Assembly (NCBI GenBank): GCA_963719495.1
Contig: CAVRCI010000008.1
Location: 32,001-96,000 of the forward strand
Length of the DNA stretch: 64,000 nucleotides
Reading direction: 5' to 3'
Origin: an uncultured Verrucomicrobiae bacterium
Lineage (GTDB): Bacteria; Verrucomicrobiota; Verrucomicrobiia; Chthoniobacterales; JAATET01
In this document: piece after piece, positions 29,877 through 39,794 of the stretch
Numbering within the stretch: the stretch's first letter is position 1
Layout: every line of letters begins with the position of its first letter
Notes under the pieces: model-generated
What the model saw: the letters and a program-made list of their open reading frames with translations, nothing else
What the model was told of the DNA's origin: nothing
Databases searched by the model: none
Program-made: the position numbers and the translations under genes

Positions 29877-31180
29877 GGCCGGTCGCGGACGGCTCGGGCG
29901 TGGGACGGGAAGCCTTCGAACTCGGCGAGGGCGAGGGCGGTCGGGCGCAGGGATTCGAAACCTTCGCGGGTGCAGTAGGCGAGGGACGTGCGTTTGAGGA
30001 ACGAGTGAATCGTCGTGCAGGAGTGGGACTTCGCGAAGCCTCCGGTGGGGAGGATGGCATTCACGCCGATGCAGTAGTTGCCCGCGGTGATGGGGGTGTG
30101 GGGGCCGAGGAGGATCTCGCCGGCGTTGCGGATGCGGCCGAGGACGGCGAACGGTTCGGCGACGAGGAGTTCCATGTGCTCGGGGGCGTATTCGTTGACG
30201 AAGTCGATGGAGGCGTCGAACGAATCGGTGAGCACGATGCCGCCGTAGGACCCCAGGCCGGTGGCGCAGAAGGTGCGGCGGGGCTCGGGCAGGTCGGCGA
30301 TGAGGCCGGGCAGGAGGTCGGCGACCTGGTCGGCGAGGGATTTGGAATGCGTCACGAGGACGGCGGCGGAGTCGGGGCCGTGCTCGGCTTCGATGAGGAG
30401 GTCGAGGGCGACGAGGCGCGGGTCGGCGAGTTCGTCGGCGAGGATGATAGATTCGCTGGGGCCGGCGGGGAGGCCGACGTCGACTTCGCTGGAGAGGAGG
30501 CGCTTGGCGGCGGAGCAGAATTGATTGCCGGGGCCGAGCAGCTTGTCGACTCGGGGGATCGTGTCCGTGCCGAAGGCGAGCGCGGCGATCGCGGAGGCGC
30601 CGCCGATTTTGTAGATCGTGGTGATGCCGATCTGGCGGGCGGCGTAAAGCGTGGCGGCGTCGACGGTGCCCTCGGGGTTTGGCGGCGTGCAGACGACGAT
30701 GCGGGGAACCTTGGCGACGACGGCGGGAACGCCGAGCATGACGAGGACGGACGGAAACGCGCCTTTGCCGCGCGGGACGTAGAGGCCCATGGCGTCGATG
30801 GCGGTGATTTTCTCGCCGGCGTGGACGCCGGGTTCGACTTCGTGCCAGGTGACTTCGGGTGGGAGTTGGCTCTGGTGAAAGGCGCGGACGTTGCGGATGG
30901 CGTGGTCGACGGCGGCGCGGATCGACGGATCGACCGCGGCTTCGGCGGCGGCGAATTCGGCTTCGGTGACGGCGAGGTCGGCGGGGGCGAGGGTGACTTT
31001 GTCGATGTCGGCGAGGTGACGGGAGAGGGCGGTGTCACCTTCGGCGCGGACTTCGGCGACGAGGCGGGCGGCGACCTCGGAGGCGTGGGCGATGTCCGTC
31101 TCGGAGCGGCGGAGGAGTCGGGCGCGCTCTTCGGGTGGGAGGGTCGAGAGGCGGAGGCGATTGATGGCGGGCGCGGGCAT
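29873..31180 (-). CDS. hisD: Histidinol dehydrogenase homolog (divergent active site)
   Basis: GLYVPRG, GPGN, PAGPSE, EAEHGPDS, YAPEH, LPTGG, EGFPSHA. Confidence 0.85.
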   Translation of the reverse strand: MPAPAINRLRLSTLPPEERARLLRRSETDIAHASEVAARLVAEVRAEGDTALSRHLADIDKVTLAPADLAVTEAEFAAAEAAVDPSIRAAVDHAIRNVRAFHQSQLPPEVTWHEVEPGVHAGEKITAIDAMGLYVPRGKGAFPSVLVMLGVPAVVAKVPRIVVCTPPNPEGTVDAATLYAARQIGITTIYKIGGASAIAALAFGTDTIPRVDKLLGPGNQFCSAAKRLLSSEVDVGLPAGPSESIILADELADPRLVALDLLIEAEHGPDSAAVLVTHSKSLADQVADLLPGLIADLPEPRRTFCATGLGSYGGIVLTDSFDASIDFVNEYAPEHMELLVAEPFAVLGRIRNAGEILLGPHTPITAGNYCIGVNAILPTGGFAKSHSCTTIHSFLKRTSLAYCTREGFESLRPTALALAEFEGFPSHARAVRDRP

Positions 31181-31220
31181 GAGGTGAACGGTGAAAGGTG
31201 AGTTTCAAACAGAAGGTAAC

Positions 31221-31527
31221 GAAGGGAACGAAGGATACTGAAGGGAAATACGATGCGAACAGAACACCGGAGGCTGGGAAGCCTCGGGGTAGACTGCATC
31301 GGCCCTGCGATGCAGCCCGAAGGGCGAGACGAGCGGGAGCGAGCGAGTCAACGTATCGAAGGGAACGAAGGATACAGAAGGGAAATACGATGCGAACAGA
31401 ACACCGGAGGCTGGGAAGCCTCGGGGTAGACTGCATCGGCCCTGCGATGCAGCCCGAAGGGCGAGACGAGCGGGAGCGAGCGAGTCAACGTATCGAAGGG
31501 AACGAAGGATACAGAAGGGAAATACGA
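31221..31527. repeat. 137-bp tandem duplication (about 2.2 copies)
   Basis: Units start at 31221, 31358 and 31495 (gaagggaacgaaggatac...); near-identical. Confidence 0.92.
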
Positions 31528-31669
31528 CCCGAGTCGCGCGGATGACTGGAATGCGGTGGTTGCGGCGAAGTATCGGAAGATTTTTCGTCGGTGGGCGCGA
31601 CTGGTGACCGGAAGTGGGCACCCGGCGGCGCGGCTGCCCTACCCTCGGCGGGAATCCTCCGGAGTTCGG

Positions 31670-32842
31670 CTACGAGGTTGCCGGGGTGTCCTCGCCATTG
31701 GGCGACGGGGCGTTGCGGGTCGTTTCGGACGAGGTCTTGGCGACCTTTTCCATGTTCAGCCTTTTCACGGGCGGGAGGATCTCCGCGAAGGCCGCGCCGT
31801 AGATGTCCCAGGCTGTGAGGAAGAGCCCGCAGACGACGGGCCCGACGATGAATCCGATCGGGCCGAAGAGGAAAAGACCGCCGAGGGTGCCGATGAGAAT
31901 GAGCAGGTCGGGCATCTGGGCGTCCTTGCCAACGAGGGCGGGACGCAGGAAATTATCGACCGTCCCGACGACGACGGCGCACCAGACGGCGAGCGCGGTG
32001 GCTTTGAAAGGTTCGCCGATGATGTAGAGGAAGATGACGGCGGGCACCCAGATGAGCGCGGAGCCGATGCCGGGAATCACGGAAAGAATCACCATGATCG
32101 TGCCCCAGAAGGCGACGCCGCTGATCCCGGCAAACCAGAACGCGATGGCCGCGAGGGTGCCCTGGATCAGGCCGATGACCATGGTGCCCTTGACGGTCGC
32201 GCGGGTGACCGAGATGAAGCGTTGGAGCATGCGCACCTCGTCCTCGTGACTGAGTGGCATGTAGTAGAAGACCTTTTCGAGGATGCGGCGTCCGTCGATG
32301 AAGAAGAAAAACATCGCGTAGAGCATCACGAAGAAATCGAGGAGCAGTCCGGCCGTCCCGGCGGTGAGCGAGGAGGCGCTCGACATGAGGTAGCTGCCCG
32401 CCTGCTTCGCGACGTTCCCGACGTTCTGCATGATCGCTTCCGAGGTCGGCACGAGATCGGCGGCGGCGGGAACTCGCTCCACGAGCCAGTCGTGGACGTC
32501 GAACGAGTTGGCGGTCGACATCTGGTTCTGCACCCAAGGGATGGCGGTTTCGCTCACGGTGAACGCCTGTTTGACCACGATGCCGAGGAAGGCGCTGACC
32601 GGGCCAACGATGATGAGAAAGAGAATGAGAAGAGTGACGAGCGAGGCGGCGGTGCGGCGGCCACGAAAGATTTTGACGAGCCAGCGGTAGAGCGGGCTGC
32701 AGAGGCCGGCGAGGATCGCGCCCAGCAGCAGGGCTTTGACGAAGGGCCAGCAAACCGCAATGAAAAGCGCGGAGATCGCCGCCACGAGGATGAGCACGAA
32801 GGCGGTGCGGAATTTTTTGCCGCTGACGTTGAGATCTTCCAT
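31670..32842 (-). CDS. AI-2E family transporter
   Basis: Multi-TM; IQGTL, SVIPGIGSALIWVP, VDNFLRP.LVG, GGLFLFGPIGFIVGP. Confidence 0.9.
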   Translation of the reverse strand: MEDLNVSGKKFRTAFVLILVAAISALFIAVCWPFVKALLLGAILAGLCSPLYRWLVKIFRGRRTAASLVTLLILFLIIVGPVSAFLGIVVKQAFTVSETAIPWVQNQMSTANSFDVHDWLVERVPAAADLVPTSEAIMQNVGNVAKQAGSYLMSSASSLTAGTAGLLLDFFVMLYAMFFFFIDGRRILEKVFYYMPLSHEDEVRMLQRFISVTRATVKGTMVIGLIQGTLAAIAFWFAGISGVAFWGTIMVILSVIPGIGSALIWVPAVIFLYIIGEPFKATALAVWCAVVVGTVDNFLRPALVGKDAQMPDLLILIGTLGGLFLFGPIGFIVGPVVCGLFLTAWDIYGAAFAEILPPVKRLNMEKVAKTSSETTRNAPSPNGEDTPATS

Positions 32843-32903
32843 GGGAATCGAGTTGGTTTGGGACTCAAGCACGATTTCCACGGAGCGGGAAGGCGGGAGT
32901 GCC

Positions 32904-34400
32904 CTACCGCCGCCTCACGACGACCCTTTCGACTCGCGAGGTCTGGCCCGCCTCGTCGACGGCGCGGAATCGGACCACGTTGCGCCCCTTTTTCAAGCGC
33001 AGTTGGAGCGTCCAGCGCGTGGTGCCGCGCAGCTTGCCGGTCCGGAATTTTCCGCGCGTCTTGAATTCGACCGCCGCCACGATTCCGTCGTCGGAGGCCG
33101 TCCCGCGGAGGCGGAATTTCGATTTGGACGTCTTGCGTTTTTGGCGACCCCGAACCGCGACGGCGGGCCGGTCGTCCGAGCGTTCGAGGGCGGGGATGAG
33201 GAACGATTTTCCGACGGCGTCGTAGACAACTCCGGCGTTCGCTTCCTGCTCCTTCCAAACGAGGGCCATGCGCCCATCGGCTCCGACCGTGATGTCCGGG
33301 TTGGCTTGGTCGCCCGCGACCTGGTCGTTGGCGCGGACGACTGCGCCGACGGGAACTCCCGTCAGGAAGTCGAGCCGCTGAACGAACACGCCCCGTCCGT
33401 CGTCTCCGGCGAAGTCTGGCGCTTCGAACGCGACGACGAAGGTCTGATCCGAAGCCATCCCGACGACCGGCAGGTTCTGATCCGCTCCGACCCCGATGCC
33501 CACGCGAAACTCGCCACCGAGCGGCTCGGCGGACGCGGTGAACCGCTGACCCGCCACCTGGAAGGGACCCGCGTCGGGAATGATGATCTCCCAGACGACC
33601 ACGAAATTCCCTTCGGGATCGGCGGCAACCGCCGGGAATCCGGGGTCATCGCGCTGGTTGGAATTCACGACAAATTCCCCCGTGAGCGCCGATCCATTCG
33701 AATTGAAAAGGCGCGCGGCGATCGCGCTACCTTCCTCATCGAGGTCGTCGCCCTGCCAGACCACGATGAGTCGGCCCAGGCCGTCTACGGCGACTTTGGC
33801 GCGCTCGGGTTCGCCGGAGAGCGTCGTGTTGACGACGATCTTGCCCGAGGTGGACGCGCCCAGGCTGGTGAAGAGCTGCATGACGATCTGGCTGCCGGCG
33901 AGGGAGAATTCCGTCCAGACGATGGCGAACTTCCCGCCCGGAAGCTGCGCGATGTCGGGAGCGCGTTGCCGTTCGCCGACCAGACTGGTGACGAAGCCCG
34001 GAGCGCCCTGCGCGTCGCCCGCGGCGTCGAAGCGGCGGAAGGCGATGATCGGGCGGTTGCCGCTCTCGTCCTCGTCTTCGTAGGCCACGACGTAGGTGCC
34101 GTCGGGGCGCGTGGCGATGGCGGGCTGTTGCTGAACACCGGGCAGGAATTGATTCACGATTCGCTGCGAGATCGATTCGTCGCCCGCCGTGGTGAATCCA
34201 GACGTGAAGACGTTCGGGGACGCTCCTGCACCGTCCCAGGCGGTAACGAATCCGGCCGGTTGCAGCGCGACGGCGGCGTTTTGCTGATTGTTCGGAGTGG
34301 TGGTGTTCAGACGGATCACGCCGGATGTCGCGACCGGAGTCGCGAGAGCCGAGGTGGCGGTGGTGGCGATGAGCGCCGTGACGAGTTGGATGGGTTTCAT
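32904..34400 (-). CDS. Secreted repeat (probable beta-propeller) protein with basic C-terminal Ig-like domain
   Basis: Signal peptide; ~60-aa repeats VN....QxxPxIA..xDGxFVVVW; Lys/Arg-rich last ~88 aa. Confidence 0.8.
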   Translation of the reverse strand: MKPIQLVTALIATTATSALATPVATSGVIRLNTTTPNNQQNAAVALQPAGFVTAWDGAGASPNVFTSGFTTAGDESISQRIVNQFLPGVQQQPAIATRPDGTYVVAYEDEDESGNRPIIAFRRFDAAGDAQGAPGFVTSLVGERQRAPDIAQLPGGKFAIVWTEFSLAGSQIVMQLFTSLGASTSGKIVVNTTLSGEPERAKVAVDGLGRLIVVWQGDDLDEEGSAIAARLFNSNGSALTGEFVVNSNQRDDPGFPAVAADPEGNFVVVWEIIIPDAGPFQVAGQRFTASAEPLGGEFRVGIGVGADQNLPVVGMASDQTFVVAFEAPDFAGDDGRGVFVQRLDFLTGVPVGAVVRANDQVAGDQANPDITVGADGRMALVWKEQEANAGVVYDAVGKSFLIPALERSDDRPAVAVRGRQKRKTSKSKFRLRGTASDDGIVAAVEFKTRGKFRTGKLRGTTRWTLQLRLKKGRNVVRFRAVDEAGQTSRVERVVVRRR

Positions 34401-34655
34401 TGGGTTCTTGGTTGGGTTTTTGATTTTTCGGATTAAAAGTTGGGGGCGAGATCGGCAGGCAGGCCGCGAAGGCGGGCGTCGGCGGATTACAGGAGATCGA
34501 ACGCCGCGAAGGGCGGGCGGTCGACCCGGTGTTTGAAAACGAGGGGCGTTTCCAGACCGCCATCGGTCAGGAAGATTCGGTCTTCGAGTTGGGGCAGGGA
34601 TCGCGTCGCCATACCCCCTTAGGCGTGAGGGCGGGCCTCACAATGTGAGTTTCCC

Positions 34656-36398
34656 CTACAATCGCCACTCGGTCGGTTGCTCCGGCTGGTAGGAGCAGGC
34701 CGCGCCCGTTCGGACGGAATTTGCGAGGTGTCGCCCGAGGCCGGCGTGCGCCGCGGCGATTTTTTTGATCGCCGCCCGCACGCGCCACGTCACGCTGGTG
34801 CGCGCCTTCTCCGCCGCGTCGCCCGTCCGGCGCACGCGGTTGCCGAGACCGGTCGCGCGCTGGATTTCCTCCAAAATGGCCTCCCGCTCCTCGGCCAGCC
34901 GGGCCGACCGCCCGGTGTCGGCGCTGTCCTCCGCGTCGGCGGCGTCCGCGTCGATGTCGCGGAGGCGGGTCCGGTAGGAGGCCAGGGCCGCGGTGTCCAC
35001 GCGCTCGATGCCGCGTTCGGTCAGCTTCGCGTCGGCGAGGTCGACGCAGGGGATCTCGTCGCCGGGTGCCGCCAGCAATCGCGCCAGATCGACCAGCCCC
35101 CGCAAGTCTCGCAACTGCACGACTTCGTGGTCGAAGGCCAGCGTCCAGAGCGCGCCTTCCCGCCGGAACGTGTTGGCGACCGGCCAGTGGAGGGGGGCTT
35201 CGCTCGCCGCCCGGCGGGACGATCCCGCGAGGCCGGCCCGCCGGAGGCCCTCGCCGAGGTGGTCGACGTCCTCCTCCCGGCGGTAGGGATTCAGGTGCAG
35301 GACCCAGCGGAAGAGTTCGTCGGCTCCCGGCTCCGCGCCGCGCGAGATGCGAAGTTCGAAATCCTTCCGGAATTCCGCCAGGTAGCGCGCCGCCATTTTC
35401 CGGTCGCCGAGGTAGGCGCACATCGCGGCCTTGAACGCCGGGACGTCCACCACCTGGCCCGGCGGAGCCTTTTCCGCCACGGCCAGCGCTTCGTCGTAGC
35501 GGCGCAGCGAGAAGAGCGGCAGTGCCGCGTAGCCGTAGAACCATCCGGGGCAAAGGGGGTCGAGGCGGAGAGCGCGCTCACCGAGCGCGAGGGCGCGTTC
35601 GGGGTCGCCGTGGTAACTCCAACAACCGGCGAGTTGAATGAGATTCCGCGCGTCGTTCGGCGCGAGTTGCTCGCCGCGTTCCATGCGCGGGATGGCTCGC
35701 GCGAATTCCCGCCGGTATTGCTCCACGCGCGCGAGGATGAGTTGCACGGTGGCGTCATTGGGATCGAGTGCCTCGGCGCGCACCGCGTTTTCGTAAGCCA
35801 TTTGCTCCTTGTCTTCGAAGAGTGCCCAGGCCTGGCAGCTCCAGTCGTTGAAGTGCGAAAGCGAGATGCCCGAGTAGGCGCGGGCGTAGTTCGGGTCGGC
35901 CTCGAGGGCTTGGGAAAAAAACTCGCGCGCTTCGTCGTCGGCGGATTCCGCCCCACGTTGGAGACATTCCATTCCGCGCAGCCAGCATTCGTAGGCGGCG
36001 AGCTTGGTCGGGTGCCGACGCCGCGAGCCGGTCAGCACCGTTTGATCCAGTGAGATCGACAGGGCGTTCGCGAGCTTCGCAACGATCTCGTCCTGGATCG
36101 CGAGCACGTCATCCTCGTCGAATCGCCCGGCCCACAGGTGACGTCCACTCGCCGCTTCGACGAGCTGCACGCTGATCCGCACCACGTCGCCCGTCCGGCG
36201 GAGGCTGCCCTTGAGCAGATGGCCGACGTCGTCCGGCAGCTCGGACGACTCTTCGATCAACGTCACCGCCAGAGCCGGGAAACGCACCATCTCGGCGGCG
36301 AGGTCCTGCACGAATCCGCGGGAGAGAATCCCATCGGCCACAGACGCGGATAGCGTCTCCAGGGGCATCAGCGCCAGACTGATCGGGCGGGAGTTCAT
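34656..36398 (-). CDS. TolB-like N-terminal/TPR protein with C-terminal putative DNA-binding domain (regulator)
   Basis: GSLRRTGDVVRISVQLVEAASGRHLWAGRFD; TPRs (ALEADPNYARAY, ALRLDP); C-terminal AEKARTSVTWRVRAAI..LGRHL..SVRTG..CSY. Confidence 0.75.
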   Translation of the reverse strand: MNSRPISLALMPLETLSASVADGILSRGFVQDLAAEMVRFPALAVTLIEESSELPDDVGHLLKGSLRRTGDVVRISVQLVEAASGRHLWAGRFDEDDVLAIQDEIVAKLANALSISLDQTVLTGSRRRHPTKLAAYECWLRGMECLQRGAESADDEAREFFSQALEADPNYARAYSGISLSHFNDWSCQAWALFEDKEQMAYENAVRAEALDPNDATVQLILARVEQYRREFARAIPRMERGEQLAPNDARNLIQLAGCWSYHGDPERALALGERALRLDPLCPGWFYGYAALPLFSLRRYDEALAVAEKAPPGQVVDVPAFKAAMCAYLGDRKMAARYLAEFRKDFELRISRGAEPGADELFRWVLHLNPYRREEDVDHLGEGLRRAGLAGSSRRAASEAPLHWPVANTFRREGALWTLAFDHEVVQLRDLRGLVDLARLLAAPGDEIPCVDLADAKLTERGIERVDTAALASYRTRLRDIDADAADAEDSADTGRSARLAEEREAILEEIQRATGLGNRVRRTGDAAEKARTSVTWRVRAAIKKIAAAHAGLGRHLANSVRTGAACSYQPEQPTEWRL

Positions 36399-36602
36399 TT
36401 ACTTTCCAGACTAACAGCCTTGTCGAGTCGCGTCCGCGAGTTCCCGTGATGGAGGGTTTGACGAACAGTGGGTTTCGAGCGTTCCAGGCCGAGGCCGAAG
36501 CTCTCGTGCGGGCGGTAGCGGCGGACGCGTTCGAGTATTTGGAATACGAGCGGCAGGCTGATCTGCTGCACGCGCCGGGGCTGCGGGAGGCGGCGGTCCG
36601 GA

Positions 36603-39600
36603 TCAGGCCGCGGTCGGCGCGGAGGACGAGGCGGTCGAGCCGTCGGTGCGGGGACGGGCGGGGGCCCGCTTGGTGAGCCATTCGAGCACGATGGTGAGCA
36701 GGGCGGGGAGGAAGGTGAGCGCGACGCCGGTCGAAAACAGGAGGCCGAAGAGGACGATCGCGCCGACGCCGCGGTAGAGTTCCGTCCCGGCACCCGGAAT
36801 GAATACGAGCGGCGAAAGCCCGAAGATCGTCGTGATCGTGGTCATCATGATGGGGCGCAACCGCGCCTCGACCGCGTTGCGGACGGCGTCGACGGCGTTC
36901 ATTCCTTCGTCGCGGTAGTGTTGGAGCGCGAGGTCGACGATGAGGATTGGGTTGTTCACGACGGTCCCGAGCAGGATGAGGAACCCGAGCATCGTGATCA
37001 TGTCGAAGGGCTGACTGATCGCTTTCAGGCCGAGCGCCGGGAGCCAGGCGCCGACGACGTTCATGAGCCAGAGCCCAAAAATCCCGCCCGCGATCCCGAG
37101 CGGCACGGTGGCCATGATGATCCACGGGTAGCCCCAGTGTTTGTAAATGACGACGAGGAGGAGGTAGCAGAGCGCGATCGAGACGAGGAAGTTCCCGCTG
37201 AGAGCCTCCTTCGTGGCGGTCAATTGGTCGCTCGCCCCCGAGATGTCGATGCTGACGCCCGCCGGGACTTCGCCGCTCGTGCGCATTCGATCGACCACGT
37301 TCTCGCGCACCAGATCGACGGCGGTCTCCAGAGCGACGGAGCGCGGCGGGATGATGTTGAGCGTCACCGTGCGCCGTCCCGCCACGCGGCGGATGGAATC
37401 GGTGTCCGTCGTCTCGATCAGATCCGCCACCGAGCTCACCGGCACGACCGCCCCGGTCGGCGTCGCGATCGGGAGGCCGCCGAGCCGCGCCAGCGACTCT
37501 CCACTTCGCTCCGTGCTGTAGAGAAAAATGTCGATCTTGTCGTCATCGAGGAAGAACTCGTCGACGAACGCGCCGTCGGTGAGCGCGGCCACGGCGAAGC
37601 CAAATTCCCCGGCGGTGAAGCCGAGCTCGGACGCCCGGTCCCAGCGCGGCCGTAGCTCGATGAGCGGCTGACCCAGCACCAGCGACGAAGGTTCGGAATT
37701 GATCTGCGGCCCGTCGAACGTGTCCCGGGCGTGTCGGTAGGCGGCGAGCGCGGTCTCGTAGATCGGCGCAAGCTCGGGCCCGCTGATGTCGAGATTCACG
37801 CTGCGGGTGCCGCCGTCGTTGCTCGAGATGATCGAGCCGCGGGACGAGAAGGCGCGCATGCCCGGATAGCGGGTGAACCGCTCGTCGAGAGCGGTCATCA
37901 GCGCGTCGATCTGCCCGGGGTCCTTCGTTTCGGAAATGATCCGCATCGACCCGGGGCTCACGCCGACGTTGAACATCCGCAGTGCCGGGACGGGAGTCTC
38001 GCCGCGCGCGATGGCGCCGGGTTCGTCGTCGAGGAAGGGGACGAAGTCGGTCTGAATCTCCCGCGCGATCCCGTCCATTTCGCTGAGGCTGTATCCGGCC
38101 GGCGCAATCATTAGCGAGAACGTCTTGGCCTCCTCGCCTTCCGGCAAATATTCCGCCGGAGGAGTCAGGAAAACGATCGCCAGCACGGTCGCGGCGAGGG
38201 TGATCGCCAGGCAGGCGAGCCGCCGGGGTTGCGATCCGACGATGAATCCCACCAGCGCCAGGATCTGGGGTTTGAGCGGCGCCCAGGCGTCCCGGCTGCT
38301 GTCCGACTTCCCCAGTTTTACTCGGGCGCAGGCGGCCGGAACAACCGTGATCGCGACGACCAGCGACATGAGGATCGCGGACGAAATCGCAATCGCGATG
38401 TCGGAGTAAAGTTGCCCCGCCTCCTGTTGCACGAAGAGGACGGGTGCGAAGACGAAGATCGTCGTGAGCGTGGAGGCCAGCACTGCGGGCCAGACCGCGA
38501 GCACGCCGGCCAATGCCGCGTCGAAGCCCCGTTTCCCCCGCGAACGCTCTCGCTCGATGTTTTCCAGGACGACAATCGTATTGTCCAACGTCATTCCGAT
38601 CGCGAAGGCCACACCCGCCAGCGAGATCACGTTGATCGTGCGCCCGGTCACCAGGAGCCCGATGAAGGCCGCGATCGCGCAGATCGGGATGCCGCACATT
38701 CCGATGAGCGTCGCCGGCACGGAGCGGAGGAAGACAAACATCACGCCCGTCGCCAGGACGGCCCCGATCGCGAGATTCTGCCAGACGTTCGCGACGGATG
38801 CCTCGACGTAGACCACGTCATCGGCGAGGAGCTCGGCGCGCAAGCCGGCGGGTTCCAGGACGTCGCGGCGGAGTTCGTCCATGACCGGCAGGACGGCGTC
38901 GCGGATGACGATCACGTTTTCGCCCGGCTCCCGCCGCACCGCGAGGGTGAGCGAGGGCTCGCCGGCGGAGTAGGATTTGCTCCGGATTTCGAAATGGCTC
39001 AGCTCGACGTCCGCGACGTCCTGCAATCGGAGGACGGCCGCTCCATCCCGCCGCACGATCAGATCCTCGAATTCCTCGATCGATTGGAAGCGTCCCATCG
39101 TCCGCAGCAGATACCGTCGCTTGCCGCTCTCGACGTCGCCGCCCGACACGTCGCGGTTGCGCGAGCGGATCGCGTCGCGGAGTTCCGAAAGCGTGACCCC
39201 ACGCTGCGCCAGTCGCGCCGGGTCGACGAGGATCTGGACCTGCCGCTCGGCGCCGCCGCTCAGCTCGACCTGCGAAACGCCCGGGATCCGCTCCATGCGA
39301 GCCCGCACCTCGTCGTCGACGAAATCCCGGACCATGTCCATGTCGACGCCCCGGGGATTTCCCGACAGCGGCGTCACCGCGAAGTAGAGAAACGCATTCT
39401 CCGAGAACGAACTCGTGAAGATCACTGGTTCGTCGACGTTTTCCGGGTAGTCCGGCACCTGGCTCAGCGCGTTGTTCACGCGGATGAGCGCCTCGTTGAT
39501 GTCGGTGCCGAAAGGAAATTCCAGCTCGATCACCGCCTCGCCGGTGGAAGCCTCCGACGTCATTCTTTGCAGGCTCGGCAGGCTGCGCAGGTATTCCTCC

Positions 39601-39794
39601 TGCTCGATCACGATCTCCTTTTCGACGTCCTGAGGCGTGGTGCCCGGCCACTGCGTCTGGATCGTGATCGTCCGGACCTCGAGGTCTGGAATCATCTGCA
39701 CCGGCACACGAAACGCGGCGAGCACCGCGAAAATGACGACGATGAAAACGCCAACCGTCAGTAGGGTCCCGCGGCGAACGAGGTATTCGATCAT
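36603..39794 (-). CDS. RND efflux transporter permease (AcrB/CusA family)
   Basis: INVISLAGVAFAIGMTLDNTIVVLENI, ASTLTT, GTVVNNPIL, RLRPIMMTT; ATG at 39794. Confidence 0.93.
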   Translation of the reverse strand: MIEYLVRRGTLLTVGVFIVVIFAVLAAFRVPVQMIPDLEVRTITIQTQWPGTTPQDVEKEIVIEQEEYLRSLPSLQRMTSEASTGEAVIELEFPFGTDINEALIRVNNALSQVPDYPENVDEPVIFTSSFSENAFLYFAVTPLSGNPRGVDMDMVRDFVDDEVRARMERIPGVSQVELSGGAERQVQILVDPARLAQRGVTLSELRDAIRSRNRDVSGGDVESGKRRYLLRTMGRFQSIEEFEDLIVRRDGAAVLRLQDVADVELSHFEIRSKSYSAGEPSLTLAVRREPGENVIVIRDAVLPVMDELRRDVLEPAGLRAELLADDVVYVEASVANVWQNLAIGAVLATGVMFVFLRSVPATLIGMCGIPICAIAAFIGLLVTGRTINVISLAGVAFAIGMTLDNTIVVLENIERERSRGKRGFDAALAGVLAVWPAVLASTLTTIFVFAPVLFVQQEAGQLYSDIAIAISSAILMSLVVAITVVPAACARVKLGKSDSSRDAWAPLKPQILALVGFIVGSQPRRLACLAITLAATVLAIVFLTPPAEYLPEGEEAKTFSLMIAPAGYSLSEMDGIAREIQTDFVPFLDDEPGAIARGETPVPALRMFNVGVSPGSMRIISETKDPGQIDALMTALDERFTRYPGMRAFSSRGSIISSNDGGTRSVNLDISGPELAPIYETALAAYRHARDTFDGPQINSEPSSLVLGQPLIELRPRWDRASELGFTAGEFGFAVAALTDGAFVDEFFLDDDKIDIFLYSTERSGESLARLGGLPIATPTGAVVPVSSVADLIETTDTDSIRRVAGRRTVTLNIIPPRSVALETAVDLVRENVVDRMRTSGEVPAGVSIDISGASDQLTATKEALSGNFLVSIALCYLLLVVIYKHWGYPWIIMATVPLGIAGGIFGLWLMNVVGAWLPALGLKAISQPFDMITMLGFLILLGTVVNNPILIVDLALQHYRDEGMNAVDAVRNAVEARLRPIMMTTITTIFGLSPLVFIPGAGTELYRGVGAIVLFGLLFSTGVALTFLPALLTIVLEWLTKRAPARPRTDGSTASSSAPTAA

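Noticed and set aside
27547..30060. 837-aa ORF as listed
   Set aside because: Only the part from ATG 28551 (HAD) is credible; the rest overlaps the phosphotransferase in another frame. The same applies to extended starts of 23216, 25179..27542, 36603..40349 and 59952
31221..31527. Possible CRISPR array
   Set aside because: Whole 137-bp units are duplicated, there are no unique spacers, and no cas genes are present
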